A stretch of 64,000 bases of DNA, taken from Diadema antillarum (taxonomy: Eukaryota). The first letter of the stretch is position 1. Each line of letters opens with the position of its first letter. The notes beneath the pieces were generated by a model that worked only from the letters and a program-made list of their open reading frames with translations, had not been told where the DNA came from and made no database searches. The position numbers and the translations under genes are program-made. Below, in pieces: positions 41,788 to 54,400 of the stretch. Location: the NCBI RefSeq assembly GCF_040938485.1, contig NW_027271072.1:2914001-2978000 (forward strand). The letters run 5' to 3'.

Positions 41788-42228
41788 CAGAAGCACATAA
41801 GTGTCATCTTTACAGGGTTGTTACATTTTTTCTCATTGGTATATGTAGTTTTGCTAATACTGGCTGTGGTTTCGTGGAGGCAGTGTATCTATGAAATGCA
41901 ATTGAAGATACATGTGCTCCCTCAGATCATGTAGGACCTATGCAACAGCTTATAATGACAATATAAACCAATCTGACATGAATACTGGATGGAATCCATG
42001 CTCCTTTTTTATTTTTATTTTTTAAAGAAATTCAGTTTATTCATAGGTAGATCTTAATTGGTGTTTAGTTTTGCCTATTGGTTTTCCCAGAGTTTTTGTA
42101 TATATTCTAACATTATAACATTCTTTCATATTCTGTTTTTCTGTGGAGAACAAGTTGGATGATATCAAGTAGAAATCCTTCCTCTTTTTCACAGAAATCC
42201 TGGGCTCAGCTTTAGACATTGCTGCACC

Positions 42229-42594
42229 ATGGGTCGAGTCTTTTTGGAGCACATCGGGGGCACGCGCCTCTTCTCCTGTGCCAACTGCGACACCGTGCTG
42301 ACCAACCGGGCGGAGCTCATGTCCACGCGGTTCACAGGGTCGACGGGCCGGGCGTACCTCTTCAAGCGGGTGGTCAACCTCTCCTTCAGCGAGGTCCAGG
42401 ACCGAATCATGCTGACGGGAAGGCACATGGTGCGGGACGTCTTCTGCAAGAACTGTGACTCCAAGCTGGGCTGGATCTATGAGTTCGCCACCGAGGAGTC
42501 GCAAAGATACAAGGAGGGCAAAGTGATTCTAGAGAGGGCGCTGATCACGGAGAGTGAGGGCATGGAAGAACATGTGGTTGTCGGAGATATTTGA
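42229..42594 (+). CDS. YPEL5: Yippee-like protein 5, copy B (CDS in a single exon, 121 aa)
   Basis: Uninterrupted ORF with the full Yippee domain and both CxxC pairs; 93/114 residues identical to copy A by manual alignment. A pyrimidine-rich acceptor TTTTTCACAG|A at 42194 lies 34 nt before the ATG. Confidence 0.93.
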   Translation: MGRVFLEHIGGTRLFSCANCDTVLTNRAELMSTRFTGSTGRAYLFKRVVNLSFSEVQDRIMLTGRHMVRDVFCKNCDSKLGWIYEFATEESQRYKEGKVILERALITESEGMEEHVVVGDI

Positions 42595-43376
42595 TGCTAT
42601 CCTCAAGGCTTTTTTTTGGTAAACTGTGACTTTTTTAAAAATGCCAGATTTGGTCTTTTAGCTAGATAATGTGATATGATATTTATATACCATTGTAAAT
42701 AGGAACATTCTCTTACTGCATATACTCGTAGTTAGTGTCATTGCATTGACAATTATTGTATTAAAAGAGTGAATGCAGGGAATATGTGAACTGCAAGAGC
42801 AACGTGTGAGGTTTATGTAGTTGTCTTTGTTGAAAGACTCGGAAAAATACGGTTTAGCAAGCAGCAGCTGGAGCACTATACAACTTGAGTATGGATTTAT
42901 AATGTCCACGCACAAATATTTGTTTCACGTCTGTGTATAGTGCAATAAGTACATGAATGTACAAAGTGGCAGAAAAGAGAAATATGCACCCAGAGGCTGC
43001 AAGCCCAAACATAAATTGATGATAGGCACTGAAAACAGCGTGTCTGTAACAGGTTAGAACTGTGAAAATCTGACTGGTTTTTAGTATGGATGCATTTGCA
43101 CTGAGCAGTGATGGAAAGCTCATGTACAGCGATGCGTTCCTATTGCAACAGGCAAAAATTCAAGCTCAGGGCTAGCTCAGGTGATGGTTCATTACGATGA
43201 AGTGTACATGACATAAACGTACAATTGTATATGCAAAATATCTGGAATTTCACCATTTTTTCTGGGGGGGGGGGCAGGTTGTTGGTGTTGGATTACACAA
43301 ACCATCTGGATGACATACCTTGATTAAGAAGACGACACCAGCTGCAGAGGTATTGGTTTTCTCTGGCATGAGCTTT

Positions 43377-43730
43377 NNNNNNNNNNNNNNNNNNNNNNNN
43401 NNNNNNNNNNNNNNNNNNNNNNNNNNNNNNNNNNNNNNNNNNNNNNNNNNNNNNNNNNNNNNNNNNNNNNNNNNNNNNNNNNNNNNNNNNNNNNNNNNNN
43501 NNNNNNNNNNNNNNNNNNNNNNNNNNNNNNNNNNNNNNNNNNNNNNNNNNNNNNNNNNNNNNNNNNNNNNNNNNNNNNNNNNNNNNNNNNNNNNNNNNNN
43601 NNNNNNNNNNNNNNNNNNNNNNNNNNNNNNNNNNNNNNNNNNNNNNNNNNNNNNNNNNNNNNNNNNNNNNNNNNNNNNNNNNNNNNNNNNNNNNNNNNNN
43701 NNNNNNNNNNNNNNNNNNNNNNNNNNNNNN
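43377..43730. other. Assembly gap (N run)
   Basis: 354 N characters. Confidence 1.
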
Positions 43731-46371
43731 AAGTGGTCACAGATCATGTAGAAGTGACAAAGGAGCATTCTACACTGTATCTGACATCTCATGACTGTGC
43801 TTCAAATCCCTGCAAAAGTTAGCGAAGTAAATGTATTGAAACCATGTGAAACAGTTGAGCCAGTTGGTATTTTAATGCAACACTGCACACTGGCACTGGT
43901 CTGACAGTGCAGGACCAGTAGAAATCACTGTTGGACCAGTAACTTTTTCAGGAATGGACCTGTAAAATATTGAAAAACTGGGAACCTCTTGGTCGAACAG
44001 ACAGGTCATACCGGTAGGAAAAAATGGGTTAGTGTGCAGCCCTGCTAATATAAGCATATATATTGGCTTGTGTGTTGCAGGCTTCATAGAAAACCAGTGT
44101 TCTTATAATCACTGCAACATGACTGAGAGAAAACTTGTATGGTGTGTACAGACATCATGGCTTAGTCAAGTCGGCTTTGATTTATTAATTAGAATGATAT
44201 GCATTGGCAAGCCATTTCATTAGTACCATTTCGAAGAAAGACATTTCTGTGATACATAAAGATAATCATACAGATACAAATGAATGAAAACATTCCTGAC
44301 TACTTTGGAAGTACATAGGATTTGACATTAAGCATAGTGCTGTACATAATTAACCTAAGAAAATCAAAGGAAGATGTGGACGTATAAAAACCCATAAAAA
44401 GGGCTTTTCTGGAATGGATCATAAGGATCAACTTGATAATGAATCCCAATAATCTTGTCCAAAATGTTTTAAACTTTTTCACGAACGTTTGCCGTGGAAG
44501 CAAATATTTGAGATGAAAACTTTGTGCACTAAGTAACAATGGGTTCCGTAATGGCAACTTGCCACTGGGTCAAACCCTGTACCTGTATTTTGTACCCTGT
44601 ATTTGACCAATAGCTGGACAGGAAATGCCATTCCTGGTTGATCATGCTGCCCATATTGCTGCAGTCGATTCTTGATCATTTTTGTTTTTGATATCACCCT
44701 TTCCTCTGTGAAAATAGTAATTTTTGTCGTAGGTGTCACTGTGTGACCAAGGTTGCTATGTATCTTCAATCCTATGCATTGCATATATATGCTTGTCAAA
44801 TATGCATTTGATTTTACACATCTATCATATAGCTGGCTGGTGCATAGTGATGTTGCCTTGAGTAAAAGGTTTGGTGGGCTTTATGTTCAAGTGTATTGTT
44901 TGTCAGATTTTATGATAATGGCATGAAGAAGGAAGAGAAAAAAGAAGAAGGAAGAGAAAAAAGAAGAAAAAAGAAAGGGCCAGCGCATATTTCCTTGAAC
45001 TCATTTATCAGAAATACCCCTAAGTCTGAGATTTTAAGTTCTTAAACATTCATCTTTATTTGAGTTGTCTTCCATTTCCTATGTTCTATAATTCCCGTGA
45101 TTTAAGTCCTTATGTCAGTGTGTGTGCGTTGAGAATGTCCTGAAGATATGTAGATGTATGTATCATCAGCTATCAATATCACATCAACCCTTATTGGAGT
45201 GCAATAGTATGCCAAATCTCGGTTATTTTATATGTCAAGTGTCCATTGCATCATTATGTTGAATATTCATTCTCCAAAATTTTTTTGGTGCTTATCCCGG
45301 AACTCATCTGCAGTTACTACAGGAGGAGGATGTAATGGGTTATGATATGTGATCCCATACATGTTTTAGCCATCTGTGCTTATATGTTGAAATGCTGAAA
45401 CAGTTTTTTTTTTTTTTTTTTTTAGGAGGTCCAAAATAAGTGCCAAACCCACCTAAGTGAACTAGTTTGTATTTTCAAACATCATTTAAACCCCGTTGAG
45501 GATGGGCTGATTTTGCTGCAACACATATTTTCCATAGACACTTGCCCGAGTACATTGTATACTCAGGACTTGTTTTCAATGGGTTAAATGTGGAATTGTA
45601 CTCTGTGCAAAGTGGGCATGGTCATTGTGATGAAGATTTCTGAATTCTTGCTTTTCTTTTTTTTTTCCCCTTTCAAATTCCCATCCCATTAGATACCAAG
45701 AAAACACGTATGAAATAGTACAGAGCATACCATTCTAAGAGGAATTCAAAGTTTATTTGATGAAAATCGGGTTTGGAATGACTGAAACATCCAAAAACAA
45801 AGTAAAACAAAGCGATTGTAAAAAAGTGTGGGTCCCACACTTTATTAGAATTGCTCTGTTTTGGATATCTCGGCCATTTCAAAACCAATTTTCATCAAAT
45901 AAACATTGAATTCCTCATGGAATTACATGCTCTTTCATATTTCATAAGAGGTTTCTCATTATCTCCCCAAAAAATGTTAATAGAAACCTGAAATTAGGTC
46001 TCTACCAAAACTATACGATCCCTTTAATTGGCAGTGGTTTGTTGCCTTCCTGGCAAAGTATCATAGATGTTAATTATTTGTATGATACTATAAGAAACAT
46101 ATCATTGGAAAGTAAAAGCCCATCATTATTACCCCCCCCCCCAACATTCCTTATATAAATTATGTTTTGCATTGGTGTTTAGGTAAATACTACTCATCAT
46201 TTTATGTTCTTTCAAATGCCAACTATGTGTACATTGTCGAAAGATGTTTTACGTTTGGAAAATATATCCTACCTCAAAATCATAAGTATTGCATTCTTGA
46301 ATGGCACCCCATGATAATTATGTCCCCACATATATTGGATGGATCTCAAAATAGACCATTTCACTCTTTTA

Positions 46372-46602
46372 GGCCTGAATTCACAAAGGTGCTTTAAACT
46401 TAGACCATGGTTTAAATTTAGACCATGGTCTTAAATATGCATGAAATAATTTAGGCATAGGGCCTACCTTTGACATGCGCTTTATCAGCGGGCGTTTGTT
46501 ACTTGATGTCTGATGGCGCACGCAATCTGTCAATCGTATTTGCGCTGAAGAAATTTGCATAAACCATGGTTTAGATTTAGACCACCTTCGTGAATTCGGG
46601 CC
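46372..46602. mobile_element. Harbinger-like MITE
   Basis: TIR GGCCTGAATTCACAAAGGTG / CACCTTCGTGAATTCGGGCC; repeated TAGACCATGG subterminal motifs. Confidence 0.6.
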
Positions 46603-47724
46603 CTAGAGTCAGTTGTAATAGATCTACAGATATGTACATGCTATGTTAATTTCTGTATGATCTTGTTCTTTAATAACCTCTTGCTTCTTAACCCCTTGAT
46701 GTAATTGTAGCTGATGTAAATGATGATCTTTTCCTTTCCTTTACCCTTACCATCCTTCTTGTTGTATTTTCCATCTTCTACTCTTCTTTCCCTCCCTCTT
46801 CTTTCCTCTTCTCTCTCCTCCTTCAGTTTTGTTTGTTGAAGTTTGCCAAACTAAGCTTTGATAAGAATGATTTCAGGCTGATGATAAGCAGAAAACCTAC
46901 TCAAATGTTCGTAGTGCTAGACTCGCACAAAAATGCACAAAAGCTTACTTGTCAGTTGGCTTTGATTTCATTCCTGCCTACAACTCTGTTAGAGATTTGT
47001 CCTTGTGATCATTGTATAGTTTATACTGGAAATACTGGGTGCTGAAACTCCCCCTCACTGTACACATAGGTGCAAATTATGTTAAGTCCAATATAACTAC
47101 TAAGGCAATGTCTTATGCATCCATGGTAATGCTACATACAATGTGCAGTGGCAGCTGTGTTGTGGAACTACACATACTAATTGTAACACTTTTTGGTATC
47201 AAAAGGCTCAGTGTAAGTCAGTGACTACTGTAAAAGTGAATATTTTTGTGCAAGTATTTAGTTATTTATTTATTTATTTATTTTTATTTTTTTGCTCAGC
47301 CAGGTGAGATGAATTTCATGTATTTAATTCTGCACAGTCAAGACATTCATTAGTATGAAGAGCAAAAAATGATTGTGTTTTTTTTCTCGTTGTTTTCTGG
47401 TCACGCAAAATGCATGAAAATTTCCACTCTACAAAAAATTTCAACTTTTACAGGAGTTGTCTTGATTCTCTTATCGATTTGTATTACAATTAATAAGTTG
47501 AAGGGATTTTTGACTATGTCTCCTGTGGTTCTTGAGTAAAAAAGGATTTATTATTTTTATGGCTGTTATCATCATTAGTAGGCCTACATTATTTTACAGC
47601 TCACAAAGAATGTGGCAGAACTACCATATGCAGGATGTAGATTACTTGTTTCCTTGAGCAAATTTGTGTTGATGATAGATGTTGCTGTGAGGAGAGAAAC
47701 ACCTGCACTGTACACAAGCTTTAA

Positions 47725-48497
47725 CCCTAAAAAGACTGGGCTATTTTGGTAGCTCGAAAGACTGGGGGGGGGGGGGGGGGGGCCTAAAGGGCCCCCCCTT
47801 AAGATCTCGGCCGTGGATCGCGCGATCGCCGCAGAAATTTGCACAATGGTAGTGTGCGATGTAATCTACAAGATCGTATATTTAAATTTTCCAAAATAGT
47901 CTTCTTTTATTTTATTTTGATTAATTATGCTAATTTATGCGAGAAACCAGACTTTTTTATCTAAATCAGTAAATAAAGCTCCAAAAGTGCTCATTTTTGG
48001 TCTAGATATTCTTTGTAGCATTCTTAGCAAATGTACTTAACAAAAAAATCGGTATCAAAATTAATTTCTTATCTATTTTATTGTTTTATGAATTTCTTAT
48101 GTATTTCTTTGTTTTTTCGACCTTTTGTTTCTGTTGTTTTTTTCAGCAAAATTTGTGGCAGACCCTTTTTGAAGCATAATACTACTAAAACAAATTGATT
48201 TTAGCCATTGAGAGTAAAAATACGCATATTTATATGAACCATGTGATAAAACTCAATTTGTATTGACTTTGTACACAAAATCACATTTTTGAGCCATTTT
48301 CGGTCTCACGTGCATGTACAAAAAGTTATGTAACTTCAGAACCGTACCCCCGGGCGTCACAAATTTGGTGTCAAAATGTGCGGGAAACTCGAAAGAAAAA
48401 AGTCATAGAGCATCGTGGCGAGAGCATTGCGTGTTGCTGAGTAATCGCGCGAAATGTCGAGGGGGGGCCTTTTAGGCCCCCCCCAGTCTTTTTAGGG
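47725..48497. mobile_element. piggyBac-like MITE (773 bp)
   Basis: TTAA|CCCTAAAAAGACTGGG...CCCAGTCTTTTTAGGG|TTAA, plus subterminal inverted GGGGGGCC..AAAGGCCCCC blocks. Confidence 0.8.
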
Positions 48498-48966
48498 TTA
48501 AGGGTCTTGTTGGCAAGAAATTGACCAGTAGAGGGCAGCATACTGACCTTTTAGCCAGGGAAGAATCGGCAAGTTATTCCCCCTTCAAATTTTTGTTTGG
48601 TTGTCCTAATTGATTATATAAAAATCAGCACATCCGATTCAACCTCTGTTTTCCGTTGCTTTAATTTGCCATGGGCAGCTTCTTTTTTTCTGTACCGGTA
48701 ATTCTTAACTGCAGGAAGTTAAACACTGCTGTTCTTGCTCTGATAACTATAGATTGAGAAATTATTGAATTTTAGAAAATTTGAGTACTTTATGGTATCT
48801 TGGTGTCTTGACAAGAGGCAAGTTTGATCCAAATATTGACACTTGCCTACTTGATACCAATTGTATCCACACATCAAATTTTCTTAGAAATTAGGATTTA
48901 AAGAAAGAAAAGAAGGGGGAGGATTTATAATGGGTGAAGCCTTTTTTTTTTAAAGAGTGTAAAGGG

Positions 48967-49210
48967 TACTGTATACGCCATATATTTCGCGAGTCTAAAT
49001 TTTCGCGAATCGGGAATTCCCGACGATTTCGCAAGTGGTTAGATTCGCGATCGTGGAGTCCTGTAATGAACGGAGAAATGTACACGCGTACGTAACATTC
49101 ACGTTGGGATCAGAGTCAATATTTTAGCGTGTCTTTAATTTCGCGAATAGCACCCGACTCGCGAAATTTGCGAAAATAAAAACCTCGCGAAATATTTGGC
49201 GTATACAGTA
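48967..49210. mobile_element. TA-flanked MITE rich in TTCGCGAA motifs
   Basis: TACTGTATACGCCA...TGGCGTATACAGTA terminal inverted repeat (14 bp including TA). Confidence 0.7.
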
Positions 49211-50228
49211 CTTGTTATGTGGACCACATTAAAAGCATGCAATCTCATGTTTCACAGGGAATACAAGTCACATAAGGTCTTACGCCCAAGTGACCCTTCA
49301 ATTTTCTTGGCACGTGACTGAATTTATTCTTTGAGATGCTGACCAAAATCTAATTTTTTAGCATCAAAAAGATTAATTCTTAAGTGAGTTGATAGCAAAA
49401 GCATGATTTTCCCCTATCTGTTGTACATTTATTAGATATGACATTTTTAATGTACTGTCAGCAGGTTGAGAGCCGAGATGTGATAGTATTTTACCCACAT
49501 TGATGTTTTACATATTTCTAAATGCAATTTAAGCAAGGTGAACACAAAGATGTGTTTTTAACTCTATTTATTTTCTCTTTAATTTGCTGTGTTATTTTTT
49601 TTCCTCATCTCATATTTCTCAGGTCATGTCAGCTCCAAGCAGAATGCACTGGACATGTTGTATTTTCATGAATGTATTTGGTGTTCCATGGTTCATATGC
49701 CAAGTGATTTTCTGGTACATTGCCATGTCATTTTTATAAACACCATATAGCTATGAATTCATACACTGTGTCCTGTCTGAGGGATATTTAGAGTACTGTG
49801 CAGTTGCAGTGGATGTGTAAGTGGATGATGGTGTGTTTGTAGTCAGATATCATAATTCTCCGATTGAAACAATCTTGTTTAGCTACCACTGCAGTACATT
49901 AAAAAACACAACTAGCACAGACCTGCTAGAATAGAATTGTCCATCAGCGAATATCAGCATCGAAGCGCATGCTTATCGATTATGGTCAACTCTAGTCGAA
50001 TGAGATGTGTGTAAAGCTGTGCACAATTCATAAGAGGGATTATGAGCCAAGTGCAAGAATACATGATCGAGATGTATTATAATGCACATGGTCCAGCCAT
50101 GCAAATTTTGCAAAAGGTACCGTATGTGATGCTTTTTAGGGTACGAAGGTATAATGTTTTTACAGTACAGGTGCGATATGCCACTCAGTGGTTCAAATTT
50201 GATGTGGCGTACACATGCCATAGTTTAA

Positions 50229-50607
50229 AGGGATCTTACAGTTTTGGTTGAGACCTAATTTCAGGTTTCTAACATTTTTGGTGAGATATTGAAATACCTC
50301 TTATGAAATATGAAAGAGCATGTAATTCTATGAGGAATTCAACATTTATTTGATGAAAATTGGTTTTGAAATGGCTAAGATATCCAAAAAGAGTGACTAT
50401 AATAAAGTGTGGGACCCACACTTTATTACAATCGCGTTGTTTTACTTTACTTTTGGATGTTTCAGTCATTCCAAACTCGATTTCCATTAAATAAACTTTG
50501 AATTCCTCTCAAAATGGTATGCTCTGTACTATATCATAAGTGTTTCTTGGTATCTTGCAAAAAGTTAAAAGCCCAATTCTCATCTCCATCAATACTGTAC
50601 CATCCCT
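50229..50607. mobile_element. Kolobok-like MITE, abundant family (related copies or fragments near 39545-39730, 40071-40300, 45670-46026, 51061-51449)
   Basis: TTAA|AGGGAT...ATCCCT|TTAG. A shared internal core (GAAAGAGCATGTAATT..GAATTCAA..TTTATTTGATGAAAATT) recurs at the listed sites. Confidence 0.7.
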
Positions 50608-51060
50608 TTAGTGGTGGGGCCTGTTTATCACTCTTAGTGATGTAAAAATGGGATAGATAACAAAAACTTGCAACTTACATTAGGTACTGGAGGCTTCTGG
50701 CCTATAGGCCCTACCGCCCAAAACTTTCAGTGCTAGAAACCAAGGCTGCATGATAGCGATGCCTGCCACACTTTACAATTCACATGTATAACCACTGGGC
50801 GTGTGCCTTAGTGTGCTTGGTGCCTGCATGCAATTCCTTGCACACAACTTTCATGCCTGGGGGTAGCCTGCTTACAAACTGCTTCTAGCACTTTATGGAG
50901 TCATCTTCCTAATAGCCTACCCAACCTGTCCTGTCTCATTCCCTCAAATTCAAATTCTGAGACTCACACTTGTGCACAAACACAAAAGCTCCCATCACAC
51001 ACCCAAAGAACACTTCCTGCCACAAACATCCAAATGCTTGGAGCATTCACACCAACTTAA

Positions 51061-51449
51061 GGACTGTACAGTACTGGTTGAGGGGAGGATTCAGGTTTAT
51101 AACATTCCTAAGTGAGATAATAAGAAACCTTTTATGAAATATGAAAGAGCATGTAATTTTAAGAAGGATTCAATGTTTATTTGATGAAAATTGGTTTTTA
51201 AATGGCAGAGATATTAAAAAAGAAAACAACAATAATAATAATAGGCGACAGGCCACGCCTTTTATTAGGATCTCTTTGTTTCACCTTGTTTCTGGATATC
51301 CCGGTCATTTCAAAACTGATTTTCATCAAATAAACTTTTGATACCCCTTAGAATTGTATGCTCTTTGACATCTCAAAGAGTGGTTTCTGAATATCTCGCA
51401 AAACATTAAAGGCTAAATCCTCACCTCGGACCACAACTGTACAGTCTCT
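51061..51449. mobile_element. Kolobok-like MITE, same family
   Basis: TTAA-flanked; TIR GACTGTACAG / CTGTACAGTC; shared internal core. Confidence 0.65.
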
Positions 51450-54400
51450 TTAATACAATGTACTTGCCTACAAGGGGGAGGAGGGTGGGAACCTCATCAT
51501 AGTGAGCTGCCAGGGGACCAGCAAAATTTCCATGGAGTTTCATGTGGTGTCTCATTTTATCAAAGATAAAAGCAAAAAATATATGGGAATTGGACCTGCA
51601 AAATCACTTCAGTACACTGATGTCTCACTACATCCAACTTTGTTACAATGAGGTTCCACTTTAGGCGTATTTACATTGTGAGTGTGTGTGTGTGTGTGTG
51701 TGTGAATTCATCTCTCATCTTGTACGATATTGACTGTTCTCACACCATATTCACCACTTCCCACTGGTTGTGTGTCAAAAGATCATCAGAATCAAGTTGT
51801 ATTTGGTAGACATCTTCAAGGACAGGTTCACCTTGATATAAGTGTGGATTGAGTAACAGTAGAAGACGTCCGTAAAAGTTTGAGGAAAATCAGAAAATCT
51901 GTTCAAAAGTTATGAACTTTTAAAGTTTCTGCGCAGTCATTGCTGGATGAGAAGGCTACTACAGTGTATGATGTCACATATATAGAATGATAGGCTATTA
52001 GGAAAACAAAGAGAATTCCACAAAATTGTTTGTTTGTTTCTTTTTTTTTTTTGGGGGGGGGGGGAGTACACATCCCCTTGGCTGGTTACTGACGTATGTT
52101 AAGGGTAATATTTTTACCACTGCCTTCAGAAAGACAAATCAAATGCTCTTTTATTATACAAGAAAAGTGAACATTTGTTCCACATTTTCAATCCACATGT
52201 GTATTAAGGTGAAGTTGTCCTCTAACATTAATATGTAACAAAGCTCTCCTCGCATCTGTAAAAATTCTCATTGCTAGCTTACTGCACAATAATTTGATGC
52301 GAAGAATGCATATTTTTCTTTATAGACTTTGTTAAAAAAAGAGGAAATTTAGTGAATATTTTGTGTGTAGTTTGATAGTGTGTTTGTGGCTTTGATATCA
52401 ACTATAAAATTACATTTGCACATTGCTTGCTAAAGATATAACTATTTTTGTGAAAATGTGAGAACTTTGAATTTTCATGATTTTCTTGTGTCACACTTGA
52501 TTTGATGAATTCAAAACTTTTATGTTGGCCTTTACTACTACTTTTACTGCAACTTTAACATGGTTTGGAAATGTGCTTTTAGGTGTATACATACCATATC
52601 TAACTGGCAGATACAGTGTGCAGCCAAAAGTTTGAGACTGAAGTAAATAAATGAATAGATAAACAAAGGTATTTCAAAAGCCAGTTTCACGTCACATTCA
52701 AATTCAAGCATATTTCACAAGCAGTGGTCCAAATGGTATCCACTGTGCTTGCTTCTTCAGTTATTTCTGCTTCTATAGGTGGACTATAAGTTTGCAGGTG
52801 CCAGTAAACTCTAGGATTATTGGCTGGCCTCAGGCAAGCCTTTAGCAAGTTTTGAGTTCTGCTCAGAAAAAACAAACAAACAACAAAAATTCGTGAAGGA
52901 GGAGGAAATTACATGCATGAATTTGATTTTGTGAGACTGGCTTAATGCTGCTCCACAAGAACCATAAAAAAGACAGGAGTGACAGACTTTAATTTTTTCC
53001 ATCGTGGATGCCTCGACTTTTATTGTGTGATGCTGGTTCCACTACCAAATTAAAAAATAAACAAAGAAAGGAGGTAGTGATGTTTGAGCCAAAATACACC
53101 AGTGAAAGTTAACTTAAGTGTAAAGAGGATGGGACATAATAACTTCTGCTGACAGATAGATGTACACAAATTGTTAATCACGACATCCGATACATTTATG
53201 ACAAGTTCATTCTAACGTGAGCACGTCCGTCCCACCACACAGGTTTTTATGAGTTGACTGAAATAGTTGAAAAAAGATGAAAGCAAACGTGCAGCTGAAA
53301 CACAAGAAATCAATTGTAATTCTGCACATAAGTACATCTCTTAATGTGTTGCACAAAACAATCGATGCTGCTTCAAAAAAGAAATTATACTGACAAAGAG
53401 AATCATGTACATAATGAAGAAAAACACCTGCACTGGTGGGTGCAATATGCCAACCAATGGAAGTTTGAATGCACGTGCACTTTATGTTGCACATACCATG
53501 TTTGCAATGTAGCTTGTTGTGGTACACAAGGACAATTGACCTTGGGATTTTAATAGCACTGTGGATGCACCGATGAATAGGTACAACATTCGTCATATCC
53601 ACCAGTGCTGCAGGCAATGCCACATAAACTGTGATTTAATGAACCATTACCACAACTTACCAGGGTACATGTGCAACTCTTCTTTCTTTATCATACACTT
53701 TTCAAAACATACCTGGGGTGACACCCATGGTCATGATACACTGCCTGCACTCCCTAACTACAAATGTAGATTGATTGGTTCAATTACACAGGTCAGAGGT
53801 CAAAGGTGAGACAACACTAACCAGTTTGTCATTCCTTAAACCTTAAAACAGCCTCAGTGCCAAACAAAACTTTTTTTTTCATTCTTCCTTGGCATTTTAT
53901 GGTGTGATTTACTAATGAAAGAATAGAAAGCACACATGGCAAATGACTTTGTGATGCTGAAGATATATCAGACATCTGAATAATTTGATCTACTTGAGAG
54001 AAATGTGCTTCTAATGTAAACTGCACATTCTTTCTAATGGGAATTGTGAAGGATACTGATACATTGTGATATGGCATGCTTTGTTCAGTGTAGTTTCTGT
54101 GAGCTATATACCATACGACTATATAATATTTATATCTTTCTTTGGGTGTGGTCATTATTGGTCTCCTACACCTTCCAGCCCCTTCAAAAAATCTGTAATT
54201 CTGTGGAGAATGCAAAAAACATCCCACCACAGATCTAAATATGTTATCACTGGTAGCATTAAGAGCCATCTGTGAACTCTATCTGAAATTCTCAAGAGAG
54301 AGGTCACATGAACAAAGCAATTGGATCACGTCACCAATATTATGAAAACACCTACACAACAAAATTTATATCATATAGCACCGTTGCTGTTCACCGAAAC

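Noticed and set aside
42037-42504. 155-aa minus-strand ORF and similar overlapping ORFs at the YPEL loci
   Set aside because: Antisense shadows of GC3-rich YPEL5 coding sequence.
25317-43792. Long ORFs spanning N runs (25317-25737, 43250-43792) and microsatellite-derived ORFs elsewhere
   Set aside because: Artefacts of assembly gaps or simple repeats.
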